Source of the DNA: an uncultured Anaerolineales bacterium
GTDB lineage: Bacteria; Planctomycetota; Phycisphaerae; FEN-1346
NCBI GenBank assembly: GCA_964461715.1
Contig: CAYWVR010000001.1
Span: 14,400 to 78,399 of the forward strand
DNA: 64,000 nucleotides
Reading direction: 5' to 3'
Under the pieces are notes generated by a model. It had not been told where the DNA came from. It saw only the letters and a program-made list of their open reading frames with translations, and ran no database searches. Shown here piece after piece: positions 9,862-19,995 of this stretch. The translations under genes were made by a program, and so were the position numbers. Position 1 is the first letter of the stretch. The number at the start of each line of letters is the position of its first letter.

Positions 9862-11367
9862 CTACAGCTCCGGCCCCAGGTACAGGTCCTCTGTCACCCG
9901 GCGTATCCCTCGCCGCGCGATCTCCTCCTCGAGGGCCGGCCGGTCGTGGGCGGCCAGGGGGCTGATCTCGACCGCGTGGACGGGGTCGCCGGACGGGTCG
10001 CGGGGCACCTCGACGCCGACCTCCTCGAGACGCGCCGCATCGAGACGGATCATGTCGCGGCGGGCGGTGGCGGGGGAATCCTCGCCCTCGGCGTTCTTGA
10101 CGGGGCTGAACTCCTTCGCCCGGTCGATCTCCAGCACCAACGGGTTCTGGGCCCGGGGCAGGGCGTCGAAGACGAACGTCTCGAACTTGACGCCGTTGGG
10201 CGCCTTGGGCTCGTGCACCTCGCCGTCCTCGTTGACGCGGGGGATTGTCTTGTCGGCCCGGTGGAAGGGCAGGCCGAACCGCTTCCCGCCTCCGATCCGC
10301 TCGACGAACTCCCGGCGGAGGGCGTGGATGGCGATGCTTCCCGCCTCGAACTGCAGACGCCCGTCCTCGGTCCGTTTCCGGGCCAGGTCCGCCGGCATGT
10401 CGCTGTACTCGACGACGTGGAGGCGGCCCTCCGAGACGACAAAGTGTCCCAGCCTCTCCCGGGGGTCGCGTTTGCGGGCCATCTTCGAGCTCATTTCGCT
10501 GCCCGTCTCGTCGTGGTACCCGAGAAACACCGGGTCCAGTGGGGGGACGAGCGGGTTATCGACCTGGAAGTAGCTGACGTGATCGATGCCGCGCGCGGCC
10601 ATGTCGTCGGTCATCCCCGTGCGCACGAGGGCCCGCAGGGACCCGCCGTGGCCGTCGGGGCTCCAAAAGAGGCGGTCGGTGTCGGCCAGGATCAGCTTCC
10701 CCTCGAAGTCGACCGCGGGCATCATGCCCTGGCGGAAGAAGCGGACGTCGGAGCGGGGCAGGTCGAAGTAGTTGTGGGCCTCGAAGAAGTCGACCGTCGC
10801 CTGATGGTTGGTGCGGCTGGTCATGATATACCAGGGGATGGAGGCGCCCGAGGCCCGGCGGGCGGCCAGGATGCCCTCGGCGAAGATCGCGAAGAGGGGT
10901 TTCTCGGAGATCGGGCCGACGGGGAAGGCCCCCTTGGGCCCGTCGTATCCGAGGCGGGTGCCCTGGCCCCCGGCGACGACGAAGGCCGCGACGCGTCCGG
11001 CGGCGATGAGGGCCTCGCCGCGGCGCTGCATCTCGGCTCGCTCGCGCCGCTGGGCGTCCGAGGAGGGCCGGGGCACGAACGGGGCCGGCTCCATGTCGGG
11101 GGGCAGCTTGTAGGCACTCTCCGAAAGGACCAGCTCCTCCACCAGCTCGGCGAGCTCCTCGAAGTCGACCTCGGCCACCTGCCCGAGGAGCTGTTCCCGC
11201 CCGGCCTCCGAGAGCCGGTCCCAGAATCGGAAGACGTGGCCCTGACCGGCGTCCTCGGCCCGCTGTCGGAGGGTGTTAAAGCCTTTCGCGCTTTGCGTCA
11301 CGGCGATTCCTTTCGCACGGCGGGGTGCCCCGAGGCTAAACCTAGCAGAGGGCCGCCTCGCCGACAA
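9862..11367 (-). CDS. UDP-sugar (UDP-GlcNAc/UDP-Glc) pyrophosphorylase, UDPGP/UAP1-like. Start uncertain (the track uses TTG; a GTG near 11301 is also plausible)
   Basis: AGGQGTRLGYDGPKG nucleotide-binding loop and UDPGP-family core. Confidence 0.75.
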   Translation of the reverse strand: MSARRPSARFSLGAPRRAKGIAVTQSAKGFNTLRQRAEDAGQGHVFRFWDRLSEAGREQLLGQVAEVDFEELAELVEELVLSESAYKLPPDMEPAPFVPRPSSDAQRRERAEMQRRGEALIAAGRVAAFVVAGGQGTRLGYDGPKGAFPVGPISEKPLFAIFAEGILAARRASGASIPWYIMTSRTNHQATVDFFEAHNYFDLPRSDVRFFRQGMMPAVDFEGKLILADTDRLFWSPDGHGGSLRALVRTGMTDDMAARGIDHVSYFQVDNPLVPPLDPVFLGYHDETGSEMSSKMARKRDPRERLGHFVVSEGRLHVVEYSDMPADLARKRTEDGRLQFEAGSIAIHALRREFVERIGGGKRFGLPFHRADKTIPRVNEDGEVHEPKAPNGVKFETFVFDALPRAQNPLVLEIDRAKEFSPVKNAEGEDSPATARRDMIRLDAARLEEVGVEVPRDPSGDPVHAVEISPLAAHDRPALEEEIARRGIRRVTEDLYLGPEL

Positions 11368-11420
11368 GGCTTTTGGGCCTTCGTCGGGGCCCGTTCGGGG
11401 GCTGTCGCGAGCTTTTGCGT

Positions 11421-11449
11421 TTGACAGGTTTTGAGGCAGGCGCGATAAT
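11421..11449 (+). promoter_or_regulatory. Near-consensus sigma-70 promoter (TTGACA-17 nt-GATAAT) ~200 nt upstream of the DUF1559 gene
   Basis: TTGACA at 11421-11426 and GATAAT at 11444-11449 with exactly 17-nt spacing. Confidence 0.45.
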
Positions 11450-11655
11450 ACGGATAGGAAGGGGGCGCCTGCCCCGAAGACGCACCCGTGCAGAAGACAG
11501 GCAGGATGGGGGAGAAGGGAAAGGAGGCGATGCTCGAACTGCCGTAGCCGTACCGCCGTACCTTGTAGACCGGCCCATGTGGCCTTGTTTCAACTTATTT
11601 TCCTTTTCCTTAGTGGAAGGCGCTTCCCGAAGCGCCAAGATTCGGAGGACACCAG

Positions 11656-12603
11656 ATGAAACGTCGTGCGTTTACTCTGGTCGAGCTCCTCGTCGTCATC
11701 ACCATCATCCTGATGCTCATGGGCATCCTGATTCCGGCGGTGTTTGACGCACTGGAGCAGGCCCGCCGCACGCAATGTGCGAGCAATCTCAGCCAGATCG
11801 GCAAGAGCTGCCGAACCTGGGCCTCGTCCCACCGACAGGCGTGGCCGGACGTTTTCACGTCCGATTCCGCCGAGTGGGACGACGTCGGCAACACCCGGGT
11901 CGACGAGTACGACCCCGCCACGGCGACCGAACAGCCGAGTATGGTCCCCGAGGACGAGCCGGACGACGGCGATCCGATCAACTCGAACACCGGGAACTTC
12001 TGGCGGCTTTGCAGCGGCATGGGGCTGGACCCCGAGATCTTCATCTGTCCGTCGCAGAGCAGCCATCAGCCCGACCAGGTGGTCGACTACACGCAGGTCC
12101 GGGATTTCCGCGGTGAGAACTTCGTCAGCTACTCCTACCAGAACGTCTTCGGGGCCTACAAGCTGACCGAGGCGTCCGGCAAGGCGGCCCAGCTGGCTGT
12201 CGCCGCCGACGCCAACCCTCAGCGCCAGGACTTCTACGGGTCTGCCGAGTTAGTCACGGACCAGTACCTCGCCGGCGAACCGAAGTTCCAGCCGTCCGAC
12301 GCTGCCGACGAGTGGAACCAGGACGTCGATGCCATCACCGATCCCTGGGACCTGAACAGCCCGAACCATCAGTTTGCCGGACAGAACGTCCTCTATCTGG
12401 ACGGTCACGTCCTTTGGCAGGACCATCCTTACTGCGGCTCGCAGTGGGACAACATTTGGACCTCCAAGGACCTGACGGTGACCGATTCGATCGATCCGAC
12501 CGACATCACGTCGCTCCAGGGCTTTGTCGACACGGCGTCCTACACGACGAACGACGAGGGTCTGACCGCCGGCGCGATCGGCGACTCATTCCTCGTGCCG
12601 TAG
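11656..12603 (+). CDS. Prepilin-type N-terminal cleavage/methylation domain protein with C-terminal H-X9-DG (DUF1559) domain
   Basis: [25 protein letters not shown] class-III leader. C-terminal ...[10 protein letters not shown] motif. GGAGG RBS 8 nt upstream. Confidence 0.8.
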   Translation: MKRRAFTLVELLVVITIILMLMGILIPAVFDALEQARRTQCASNLSQIGKSCRTWASSHRQAWPDVFTSDSAEWDDVGNTRVDEYDPATATEQPSMVPEDEPDDGDPINSNTGNFWRLCSGMGLDPEIFICPSQSSHQPDQVVDYTQVRDFRGENFVSYSYQNVFGAYKLTEASGKAAQLAVAADANPQRQDFYGSAELVTDQYLAGEPKFQPSDAADEWNQDVDAITDPWDLNSPNHQFAGQNVLYLDGHVLWQDHPYCGSQWDNIWTSKDLTVTDSIDPTDITSLQGFVDTASYTTNDEGLTAGAIGDSFLVP

Positions 12604-12629
12604 GGTTGGACCTAGAGGCAGGCGCTTCC

Positions 12630-12675
12630 GGCGGCCTCGGCTCCTTGCGAGTCGGGGCCGCCGCTCTTTTTTCTT
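12630..12675 (+). terminator. Intrinsic terminator after the DUF1559 gene
   Basis: GGCGGCC...GGCCGCC stem (12630-12662) followed by GCTCTTTTTTCT. Confidence 0.6.
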
Positions 12676-12733
12676 CTGAAGGCTACACGGGCCCCTATAA
12701 TGGCCGGACTTGTTCCACAGGTGGATGCAGCGC

Positions 12734-14440
12734 ATGGCAGAAGAGGTGCGACAACCGGCGGTCCTTGGCATCGACGTGGGCACGAGCGGCATCAAGCTGC
12801 TGGTCGTCCCTGTCGACGGGACCGCGGAGCCGCGCGTCAGCCGCGCCGGTGTCCGCGTCCGCCGCGCCCCGGACGGGACCAGCGAGATCGATCCGGCCGC
12901 CTGGTGGCGGGCCGTCGTCCGGGCCGCCCGCGGGCTTGATCTCGACGGGCTGCGCGTCGTCGGCGTCGGGACGAGCACGCTCTTTCCGGCGCTGGTGGCC
13001 CTGGATGCCCGGGGTCGGGCCCTGCGGCCGGCGGTCCTGTATGACGACGCTCGCAGCGGTCCCCAGGCCCGGGACCTGGCCCGGCGGCCCCTGACGAGCC
13101 CGGCCGTCCAGCACCTGCTGACCGGCAACCGGGTGCGGCCGGGGACCATCAGCCTCTCCAGCCTCCTGTGGCTGCGGGAGACGGAGCCGGAGGTGTATCG
13201 GCAGGCGTCCCTGTTCGGCCATGCCGGGACGTACCTGGGGCACCGGCTGACCGGCCGCTTTGCCATCGACGCGACCAACGCCAGCCTGACGGGCCTCTAT
13301 GCGGCGGCGTCGGGCGAGGCGTGGTTGCGGGGGGTGTGTGCGGCTGGCGGCTTGGGGCCCCACGAGCTGCCCCGGCGGCTCGGGCGGCTCACTTGCCGCG
13401 CCTACCTCGACCTGCTGGCCCGGGGCCGGCCGGAGCTGCGGGATTCGTTCTTGGCGGACCTGCCGCCCGGCGTCGACGCCGAGTCGCTCCTGGCGGAGCA
13501 CGTGGCCCTGCCGGAGCGGGGCTGGGTGGCGGCCCTGCTGGATGCGGTGGGCCTGGCGCAGGCGCGGCTCCCGGAGGTCGTGTGGCCGACCGAGCGGCTC
13601 GGTGAGCTGACGGAAGAGGCCGCCGAGGCCTTGGGCCTCGATGCGGGCCTGCCGGTGGCGGCGGGGGCGGGCGACACGGTCTGCGGGTGCCTGGGCGTGG
13701 GCCTGGAGGCCGCCGACGAGGTCGTGGCCCTGTGCGGGTCGACCGACTGCATCGCGGCCGTCCAACGGTCGGCGGTCTTCTCGACGCGGACCGTCAACAT
13801 GGCGTACCTGGACGAGGAGACGTGGGTGGCCGTGGCCCCGATGAACGCGACGGGGTCGGCGGTGGATTGGGTAGCCCGGACGCTCCTCGGAGGGGGGAAG
13901 CGACGGTTCGACCGTCTGTTTGCCCTGGCGGCCGAGGCGGAGGCGGGATCGGGCGGCGTAGTGTTCCTGCCGTATTTGGCGGGGGAGCGAAGCCCCGTCT
14001 ACGACCCGGACGCCAAGGGCATCTTTTTCGGCCTGACCCTGGCGACGGGCCGGCCGGAGATGGCCCGGGCCGTGCTCGAGGGTATCGGCTTCGGGCACCG
14101 CCAGATTCTCCGGCACGTGGATTTGAGGGCCGGCGCGCCGGTGCGGCGGGTCCGGGCGGCGGGGGGCGGGACGGCGGCCCCGCTCCTTCGGCGCATCCGG
14201 GCTGATGCCGCCGACCGTACGTACCTTTACGCCGGCATGACCGAGGTCACCGCCCTGGGGGCGGCCTTGCTGGGCGGCGTGGCGGCGGGCGTCTGGGGGA
14301 CATGGCAGGAGGCGGCGGCGGAGGCGCGCCGGCGGACCGACTGGGAGGCCGTCGAGCCCGACCCCGACGCCTGGCATTGCCTCAAACGCAACTACGAGGT
14401 CTACACGAGCCTCTACGGGGCCCTGGAGCACTGTTTCTAG
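12734..14440 (+). CDS. FGGY-family carbohydrate kinase (xylulokinase/glycerol-kinase-like)
   Basis: VLGIDVGTSGIKLLVV N-terminal ATPase motif. FGGY C-terminal domain (GGGTAAPLL). TATAAT at 12695-12700 upstream. Confidence 0.8.
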   Translation: MAEEVRQPAVLGIDVGTSGIKLLVVPVDGTAEPRVSRAGVRVRRAPDGTSEIDPAAWWRAVVRAARGLDLDGLRVVGVGTSTLFPALVALDARGRALRPAVLYDDARSGPQARDLARRPLTSPAVQHLLTGNRVRPGTISLSSLLWLRETEPEVYRQASLFGHAGTYLGHRLTGRFAIDATNASLTGLYAAASGEAWLRGVCAAGGLGPHELPRRLGRLTCRAYLDLLARGRPELRDSFLADLPPGVDAESLLAEHVALPERGWVAALLDAVGLAQARLPEVVWPTERLGELTEEAAEALGLDAGLPVAAGAGDTVCGCLGVGLEAADEVVALCGSTDCIAAVQRSAVFSTRTVNMAYLDEETWVAVAPMNATGSAVDWVARTLLGGGKRRFDRLFALAAEAEAGSGGVVFLPYLAGERSPVYDPDAKGIFFGLTLATGRPEMARAVLEGIGFGHRQILRHVDLRAGAPVRRVRAAGGGTAAPLLRRIRADAADRTYLYAGMTEVTALGAALLGGVAAGVWGTWQEAAAEARRRTDWEAVEPDPDAWHCLKRNYEVYTSLYGALEHCF

Positions 14441-14461
14441 CGACGAAGGAGCACCATTAGC

Positions 14462-17400
14462 GTGTCGAGGAAACGCATTGGATTCCTGGTGGCCGCGGTC
14501 GGCGTGGTCGTGCTCCTTTCGAGCTGGGGACGCGTCGCGGACTGGACCGAGGCCGTGCTGCGCGGCGAGGAGCAGGTCCGTTCCAAGAAGGTCGTTTACT
14601 GGACCACCTCCGGCTCCCCCGAGGTCAACCTGAAGCGGGCCCGCCAGTTCGAGCAGATGTACCCGGACATCAACGTCGAGCCGAACTTCCGCGAGACGGG
14701 CGGCATCCAGGACATCCTCTTCGTCTCTTTCCTCAGCGGCAACCCGCCCGACTTCATGGGCAACACGAAGGTCAACGAGCTCCGCAAGTACATCCTCATG
14801 GGGGGTGTGCGGCCGCTGGACGACCTGATGCGGCGCGAGGACGCCTTCCTCCGCAACCAGTACCTGAAGCGGGGCCTCAAAGCCTACCGCGAGGTCCGCG
14901 AGTACGAGCCCGGCGAGCTGATCCAGACGGACGTCCTGCGGCGCGAGAATCCGAATCTGGAGGCCGAGCTGCTGGGCCATCGCCTGCGCGAGTGGACCGA
15001 GTCGTTCCGCGAGCGCCAGGGCCGCGCCCCCACCGAGGCTGAAACGGACGACGCCCGGGCTCGCCTCGCCCGGGCCCTGGCCGCCGAGACACAGGACCTC
15101 TACTTCCGCCAGCACCTCATGGGCGAGGCCCGCCTCTTTCGCTTCAAGCTGAATCCCGAGGACGCGTATCTCCAGAACCTGGAGGCCAACCCCCTGGAGG
15201 CGGCGCGCCTGCTGCACATGAACGGCAAGGCCGTTGCCTTCCGCGACATCGCCATGCCCCGCATCCTCACCTACAACAAGCGCCTCTTCCGGGAGGCGGC
15301 GACGATGTTCCCGGAGGCGGGGCTGGTGGACGGTCATGGCGACCCGGTCCCGCCGTCGACGTGGCTCGAATTCTACCGGACGGCCCGGCTCCTCTCGGAG
15401 TACGGTCGCCGCGCCGCCGTCGACCGCGGCCTGGCCGAGCCCATCTGCTACGGCCTGACGATGCAGGGCCAGCGCGACCGCGACCTGATGCGGGGCATCT
15501 GGCCGCTCGCCCGACGGGCCGGGTCCATGCAGTTCGAGTACCGCGGCGACACGGAGCGCGTGGCCCGCCACTTCGACCGCGAGACCGAGGCCGGCCGCGA
15601 GGCCGCCCGGGCCTTCGGCGACCGGCCCATCGGGTACTTCGATTACGAGGACGACGCTTACCTGGCCGCCTTCGCCCTCCTCTATAAGCTCCGCCAGGAC
15701 GGCTACGTGCTGCCGGGGGTCGAGTCGCGGCACTACGAGGACGTGCGGACGGCCCTGGCGTCCGGTCAGGCGGGCATGTTGCTGGACGGTTGGCACGCGG
15801 CCCTGATCGGGGCGGAGCGCGTGCCGTGGGCCGCCCAGGACCTCGGCAGCGCCCCCGTGCCCTTGCCCTATCACGACGTCGACCCCGACGCGGGCTGGCC
15901 CGCCGAGGCCGTCGCGAAGGAGAAGGAGGAGCTTTCGGAGCTCCTCTCGCTCGACGAGGCGGGTGTCACGCTGCCTCCCGGCAACAAGCTCCCCCAGTCG
16001 GCCGCCGACAACGTCACGCTCTTCACGAGCCTCTGCCGCGACCCCGACGCCGCCTGGGAGTGGAACCACTTTGCCAACCGCAACATCGAGGTGATGAAGA
16101 CCGAGACGCGGCGCGGGACGGTGCGGATGGAGCGGGAGGCCGTGGCCCACATCGGCGACCCGGAGTGGTTCCCCTATCCCTACCAGGAGCAGGTTTACGG
16201 GATCATCGAGCACCACTGCGCCATGTGGCCGGAGCGGCCGCTGCACGGGCCCGTCGAGGTGCCCAACGAGCGGGAGATCTTCTACCGCTGGTTCTACCAG
16301 ACCGACACGAACGACCTCGGCCTCATCCTCACCCGGGCCCGCGAGCAGCTCCAGACCTTCTCCGACGCCGCCAACGCCGACCTCGCCCGACGCATCCGGG
16401 ACGGATTGGTGCGGCCGGAGAACTGGACCTTTCCCGATTTCGAGCCGCAACGGGCCGAGGCGTTCTTCGCCCGCCAGCAGAACCCGGAGGTCGACCCGGA
16501 CGCCGAGGCGCGCCTCGGCGAGGCCCGGGCCAAGCTTATCGCCTGGGCCCGGGCGCACCCCGAGGCGGGACTGCTGAACGAGGCGGGGACGGACATCCGC
16601 GAGGACATCTGGCAGTGGAAGGCCAGCACGTCCCCGTGGCAATTGCTGTGGATCCCGGGCCTGATGGCGGGGGTGGTCCTGGGCTGGTTCGCGTGGACGG
16701 GCCTCCGGCACGCCTTCGGCCGGAAGCCGACCGAGGGACGCTTGCTCGGGCGGGCTCGCCGCGGATGGTGGGGCTACGTCTTCGCCCTCCCGGGCATGCT
16801 CGTCGTCTTCGCCTTCGCCATCTACCCGTCGCTCTACCAGTTCTTCCTGGCCCTGCACACGGGCGACGGGCTCGGGCCCATGCGCTACGTGGGCCTGGGG
16901 AACTTCCATCGCATCTTCACCCGGGACATGACCTTCTGGACGACGGTCCTCCCGAACACGGCCGTTTTCATGGTGCTGGTGGCCGTGGGGCAGATCGTGC
17001 TGGGCCTGTTGTTCGCCTCGCTCCTGAACCTGCCCTTGAAGGCCAACCGTCTCTACCGCCTCCTGTACTTCATCCCCCTCGTGACGAGCCTGGCGATCGT
17101 CAGCGTCATCCTCATCGGCCTCCTGAAGGGCGAGGCCTCGGCCCTCAATGCCCTGCTGACCTCGCTCTCGTGGTGGCACCTGGCGCTCGCGGCCCTGGCG
17201 CTGGTGGCCCTGGGCCTGGTGCTGACGCTCCTGTTCACCCTCTGGCTCCGGCCGCAGGGCTCGGCCGCGTCACGGGTCGCGCAGGGCGTGGTGCTCCTGG
17301 TCCTCCTCGCCGTAACGGGGCTGGGCCTGCACGCTCTCCTGGCCGGCAACAGCCAGATCGCCGCGTGGCTGGGCTTGGCGCGGCCCCTCGGGAACCTCGC

Positions 17401-17944
17401 CTTCTGGCTGGGCCTGGCGGACGAGCCCGGCAAGCAGGTCGACTGGCTGGGCCAGGACGTGGGCCTCTACACGATCGCCGGCGTCGCCATCTGGCACGGT
17501 CTGGCCATGCGCATCATCCTGCTTCTGGCCGGGCTCCAGTCGATCAACCCCGAGCTCTACGAGGCGGCCAAGGTGGACGGGGCGGGGCCCTGGAGCCGGT
17601 TCTGGCGTGTCACCTTGCCGGAGATCATGCCCATCCTCATCATTATCGCCTTCATGGCCTTCATCGCCGCCGCCCGCGCCTTCAGTCCCGTCTACGTCCT
17701 GACCGAGGGCGGCATCAATCACTCCAGCGAGGTCGTCGCCACCTACATCTTCAAGAAGGGCTTCACGAAGCCGGAGGGCACCGAGCCCGACCTCGGCTAC
17801 GCCTCCGCCCTCGGCATCGTCTACAGCGGCATGCTCGCGGTGCTGACCCTGGCGAACGTCATCATCATCGTCCGACGATGGAAACGCCGCCTCCAGATGG
17901 AGCGGCAGGCCGGCGGGCCCGCGACCGAAAGGGCCAAGGCATGA
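14462..17944 (+). CDS. Fusion protein: very large extracellular solute-binding domain (~730 aa) fused to a MalF/UgpA-type ABC permease domain
   Basis: GTG start after an AAGGAG RBS. N-terminal signal anchor. C-terminal 6-TM permease with the EAAKVDGAGPWSRFWRVTLPEI 'EAA' loop. Continuous 1160-aa ORF. Confidence 0.7.
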   Translation: MSRKRIGFLVAAVGVVVLLSSWGRVADWTEAVLRGEEQVRSKKVVYWTTSGSPEVNLKRARQFEQMYPDINVEPNFRETGGIQDILFVSFLSGNPPDFMGNTKVNELRKYILMGGVRPLDDLMRREDAFLRNQYLKRGLKAYREVREYEPGELIQTDVLRRENPNLEAELLGHRLREWTESFRERQGRAPTEAETDDARARLARALAAETQDLYFRQHLMGEARLFRFKLNPEDAYLQNLEANPLEAARLLHMNGKAVAFRDIAMPRILTYNKRLFREAATMFPEAGLVDGHGDPVPPSTWLEFYRTARLLSEYGRRAAVDRGLAEPICYGLTMQGQRDRDLMRGIWPLARRAGSMQFEYRGDTERVARHFDRETEAGREAARAFGDRPIGYFDYEDDAYLAAFALLYKLRQDGYVLPGVESRHYEDVRTALASGQAGMLLDGWHAALIGAERVPWAAQDLGSAPVPLPYHDVDPDAGWPAEAVAKEKEELSELLSLDEAGVTLPPGNKLPQSAADNVTLFTSLCRDPDAAWEWNHFANRNIEVMKTETRRGTVRMEREAVAHIGDPEWFPYPYQEQVYGIIEHHCAMWPERPLHGPVEVPNEREIFYRWFYQTDTNDLGLILTRAREQLQTFSDAANADLARRIRDGLVRPENWTFPDFEPQRAEAFFARQQNPEVDPDAEARLGEARAKLIAWARAHPEAGLLNEAGTDIREDIWQWKASTSPWQLLWIPGLMAGVVLGWFAWTGLRHAFGRKPTEGRLLGRARRGWWGYVFALPGMLVVFAFAIYPSLYQFFLALHTGDGLGPMRYVGLGNFHRIFTRDMTFWTTVLPNTAVFMVLVAVGQIVLGLLFASLLNLPLKANRLYRLLYFIPLVTSLAIVSVILIGLLKGEASALNALLTSLSWWHLALAALALVALGLVLTLLFTLWLRPQGSAASRVAQGVVLLVLLAVTGLGLHALLAGNSQIAAWLGLARPLGNLAFWLGLADEPGKQVDWLGQDVGLYTIAGVAIWHGLAMRIILLLAGLQSINPELYEAAKVDGAGPWSRFWRVTLPEIMPILIIIAFMAFIAAARAFSPVYVLTEGGINHSSEVVATYIFKKGFTKPEGTEPDLGYASALGIVYSGMLAVLTLANVIIIVRRWKRRLQMERQAGGPATERAKA

Positions 17945-19737
17945 CACGAGACGGTCCCCGCATCGACAAGGCCCTCCTCCACCGCTACCGGGCGGGCTTC
18001 TGGACCTGGATTTGCTACCACTGGCCCATGGTCCTCGTGCACCTCGCCCTCCTGACCCTCGGCCTCGTCAACCTCTACCCCTTCATCTGGATGCTCGGCA
18101 CGAGCTTCAAGTCCGAGCAAGAGGCTTCCATCGAGAAGCTCCGGCCCGTGCCCGGGCCCAAGTACAAGCTGGCCGAAGGGTTTGACCTGGAGACGGTCGT
18201 GCCCGCCGCCCTGGAGCCCGACCTTGCGGCCGCCGAGGGCGAGGCTCGCCTCGATGCCCTCAACCTCGTCCGCCGCAAGCTCGAGGTGCTTCACGACCTC
18301 CAGCGACGGGCCTGGGCCGAGCGCGTCGAGCACGAGGTCAGCTTGGTCGTCGGTCCCCTGGACGATGAGATCGTCCGCCTCAAGGCCGAGGCGGACCGTC
18401 TGGCCCGGGTGTGGGACGCCAAGCGCGAGGCCGCCCGGCGAGGCGAGGTGCCCTGGCCCGAGGTCGACGCATTCGAGGCCCGGCTCGACGCCGCCCGACG
18501 CGCCTACGAGACGGCTCGCGACGCCGCCACCGGGGCCGCCGTGCGCGGGCTTCTGGAGCGCGGCGTGCTTGTGGAGGACCCGGTCCATGACAGCCTCTGG
18601 TTCTCCGAGGCGGGTTTCGCCCGGACCTGGCCCAAGGCCCTGACCCCGCGCCAGAGGGCCGCGTCCGAGGCCCTCTGGGACCATTTCACCCTCGGCCCCA
18701 TCCGCTACGCGAACACCGTGGCGGTTGAGCTCGAGACCGCCCGCCGCCAGATGGCCGAGTGGGCCACCATCGCGGGCGGCATCCTGGTTCCCGTCGGCGA
18801 AGCGGTCGAGGGCGAGACGGTTTATCGCCTGGCGGAGGGGGGGCGCGGCCGGATCTACCGCGACCTCTATCCCCGCCAGATTCTCGCCCTCTGGCTTATG
18901 CACGCCGAGAACACCCGCCGTGCCGAGAGCCGCAACACCTTTGCCACCGACCGCTGGAGCCCGGAGGATTACGGCAAGTATTTCGGTCTGGCCGACGTCG
19001 AGCAGGCCCGGGCGGAGCTCCGGGAGGCCGTCGAGGCCGGGTACCTGGCCGACGGGACGGCCCAGCCGATTAACTACTGGGTCGTGCTGAAGGAGGAGAA
19101 CTTCCTGCTCCACTTCCTGACGAGCCTCCTCATCACGAGCGTCGTTGTGGTGGCCTCGATCCTGCTCTCCTCCATGCTCGGATACGCCCTGGCTCGCGGC
19201 TCGTTCCCCGGCAAGATGCTCGTGCTGGGCGTCCTGATTGCGGCCTCCATCCTTCCGACCGAGGCCCGCATCATCCCCATCTTCAAGATGCTCCTGGCCG
19301 TGGGGGCCCTGGAGAACCTGTGGGGCATGGTGGCCTGGCTCTCGAGCGCCGGCGTGGGCCAGACGCTCCTGATGGCGGGCTTCTTCCTGACGCTTCCGAA
19401 GGAGGTGGACGAGGCGGCCGAGGTGGACGGGGCGGGCATCTTCCGGAAGTTCTTCGACATCGCTCTGCCCATGGCCCGGCCCATCGTCATGACCGTGGGC
19501 CTCTTCGCGTTCCTCGGGGCATGGAACAACTTCCTCGTGCCGCTCCTGTGCACCATCTCCCGCCCCAGTATGCAGCCGCTGGCCGTCGCCGTGTACAGCT
19601 TCCAGCAGGGCCACCCCGGCAAATGGCACCAGATCAACGCCGCCGCCGCCGTCATGATCATCCCCGTCATCGTCATGTTCCTGTTCGTGCAAAAGCATGT
19701 CGTCAAGGCCATCGCCGTCGGGGCGGTCAAGGGATAA
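17941..19737 (+). CDS. ABC sugar permease (MalG/UgpE-like) with a ~300-aa periplasmic insertion between TM1 and TM2
   Basis: ATGA overlap with the upstream gene. TM1 YPFIWMLGTSFK, EAA loop (EAAEVDGAGIFRKFFDIALPMARP) and C-terminal TMs. Confidence 0.75.
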   Translation: MTRDGPRIDKALLHRYRAGFWTWICYHWPMVLVHLALLTLGLVNLYPFIWMLGTSFKSEQEASIEKLRPVPGPKYKLAEGFDLETVVPAALEPDLAAAEGEARLDALNLVRRKLEVLHDLQRRAWAERVEHEVSLVVGPLDDEIVRLKAEADRLARVWDAKREAARRGEVPWPEVDAFEARLDAARRAYETARDAATGAAVRGLLERGVLVEDPVHDSLWFSEAGFARTWPKALTPRQRAASEALWDHFTLGPIRYANTVAVELETARRQMAEWATIAGGILVPVGEAVEGETVYRLAEGGRGRIYRDLYPRQILALWLMHAENTRRAESRNTFATDRWSPEDYGKYFGLADVEQARAELREAVEAGYLADGTAQPINYWVVLKEENFLLHFLTSLLITSVVVVASILLSSMLGYALARGSFPGKMLVLGVLIAASILPTEARIIPIFKMLLAVGALENLWGMVAWLSSAGVGQTLLMAGFFLTLPKEVDEAAEVDGAGIFRKFFDIALPMARPIVMTVGLFAFLGAWNNFLVPLLCTISRPSMQPLAVAVYSFQQGHPGKWHQINAAAAVMIIPVIVMFLFVQKHVVKAIAVGAVKG

Positions 19738-19995
19738 GGACGTCCGGCCGTCGAGGGGAAGGGGTGATGAGGCATGCGCCGGCGCCGCATCGCCGCCGCC
19801 ACGGATGACGGGGTTGGCGTCCGGGGCGGCGCGACGGGCGAGCCGGTGGCGGCCCTACCCGCGGGACGCGGCGTCAAGCGGCTGGTCTTCTCGCCGGACG
19901 GCCGCACCTTCACCAGTGCGAGCGACGACACGACGCGGCTGGCGTGGGAGAAGCCGAAGGACCTGGCCGAACATTCGCAACCGGCCGAGGGACGC

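Noticed and set aside
12695-17179. 1494-aa minus-strand ORF spanning the FGGY kinase and ABC transporter genes
   Set aside because: Antisense to two strongly supported genes. The translation is low-complexity (R/G/P/A/E-rich) with no motifs.
15790-17940. N-terminal 700 aa of the 1315-aa plus-strand ORF 15790-19737
   Set aside because: It is an out-of-frame overlap of the fusion transporter gene. Only the part from the ATG at 17941 (MTRDGPRIDK...) has permease features, and that ATG overlaps the upstream stop (ATGA).
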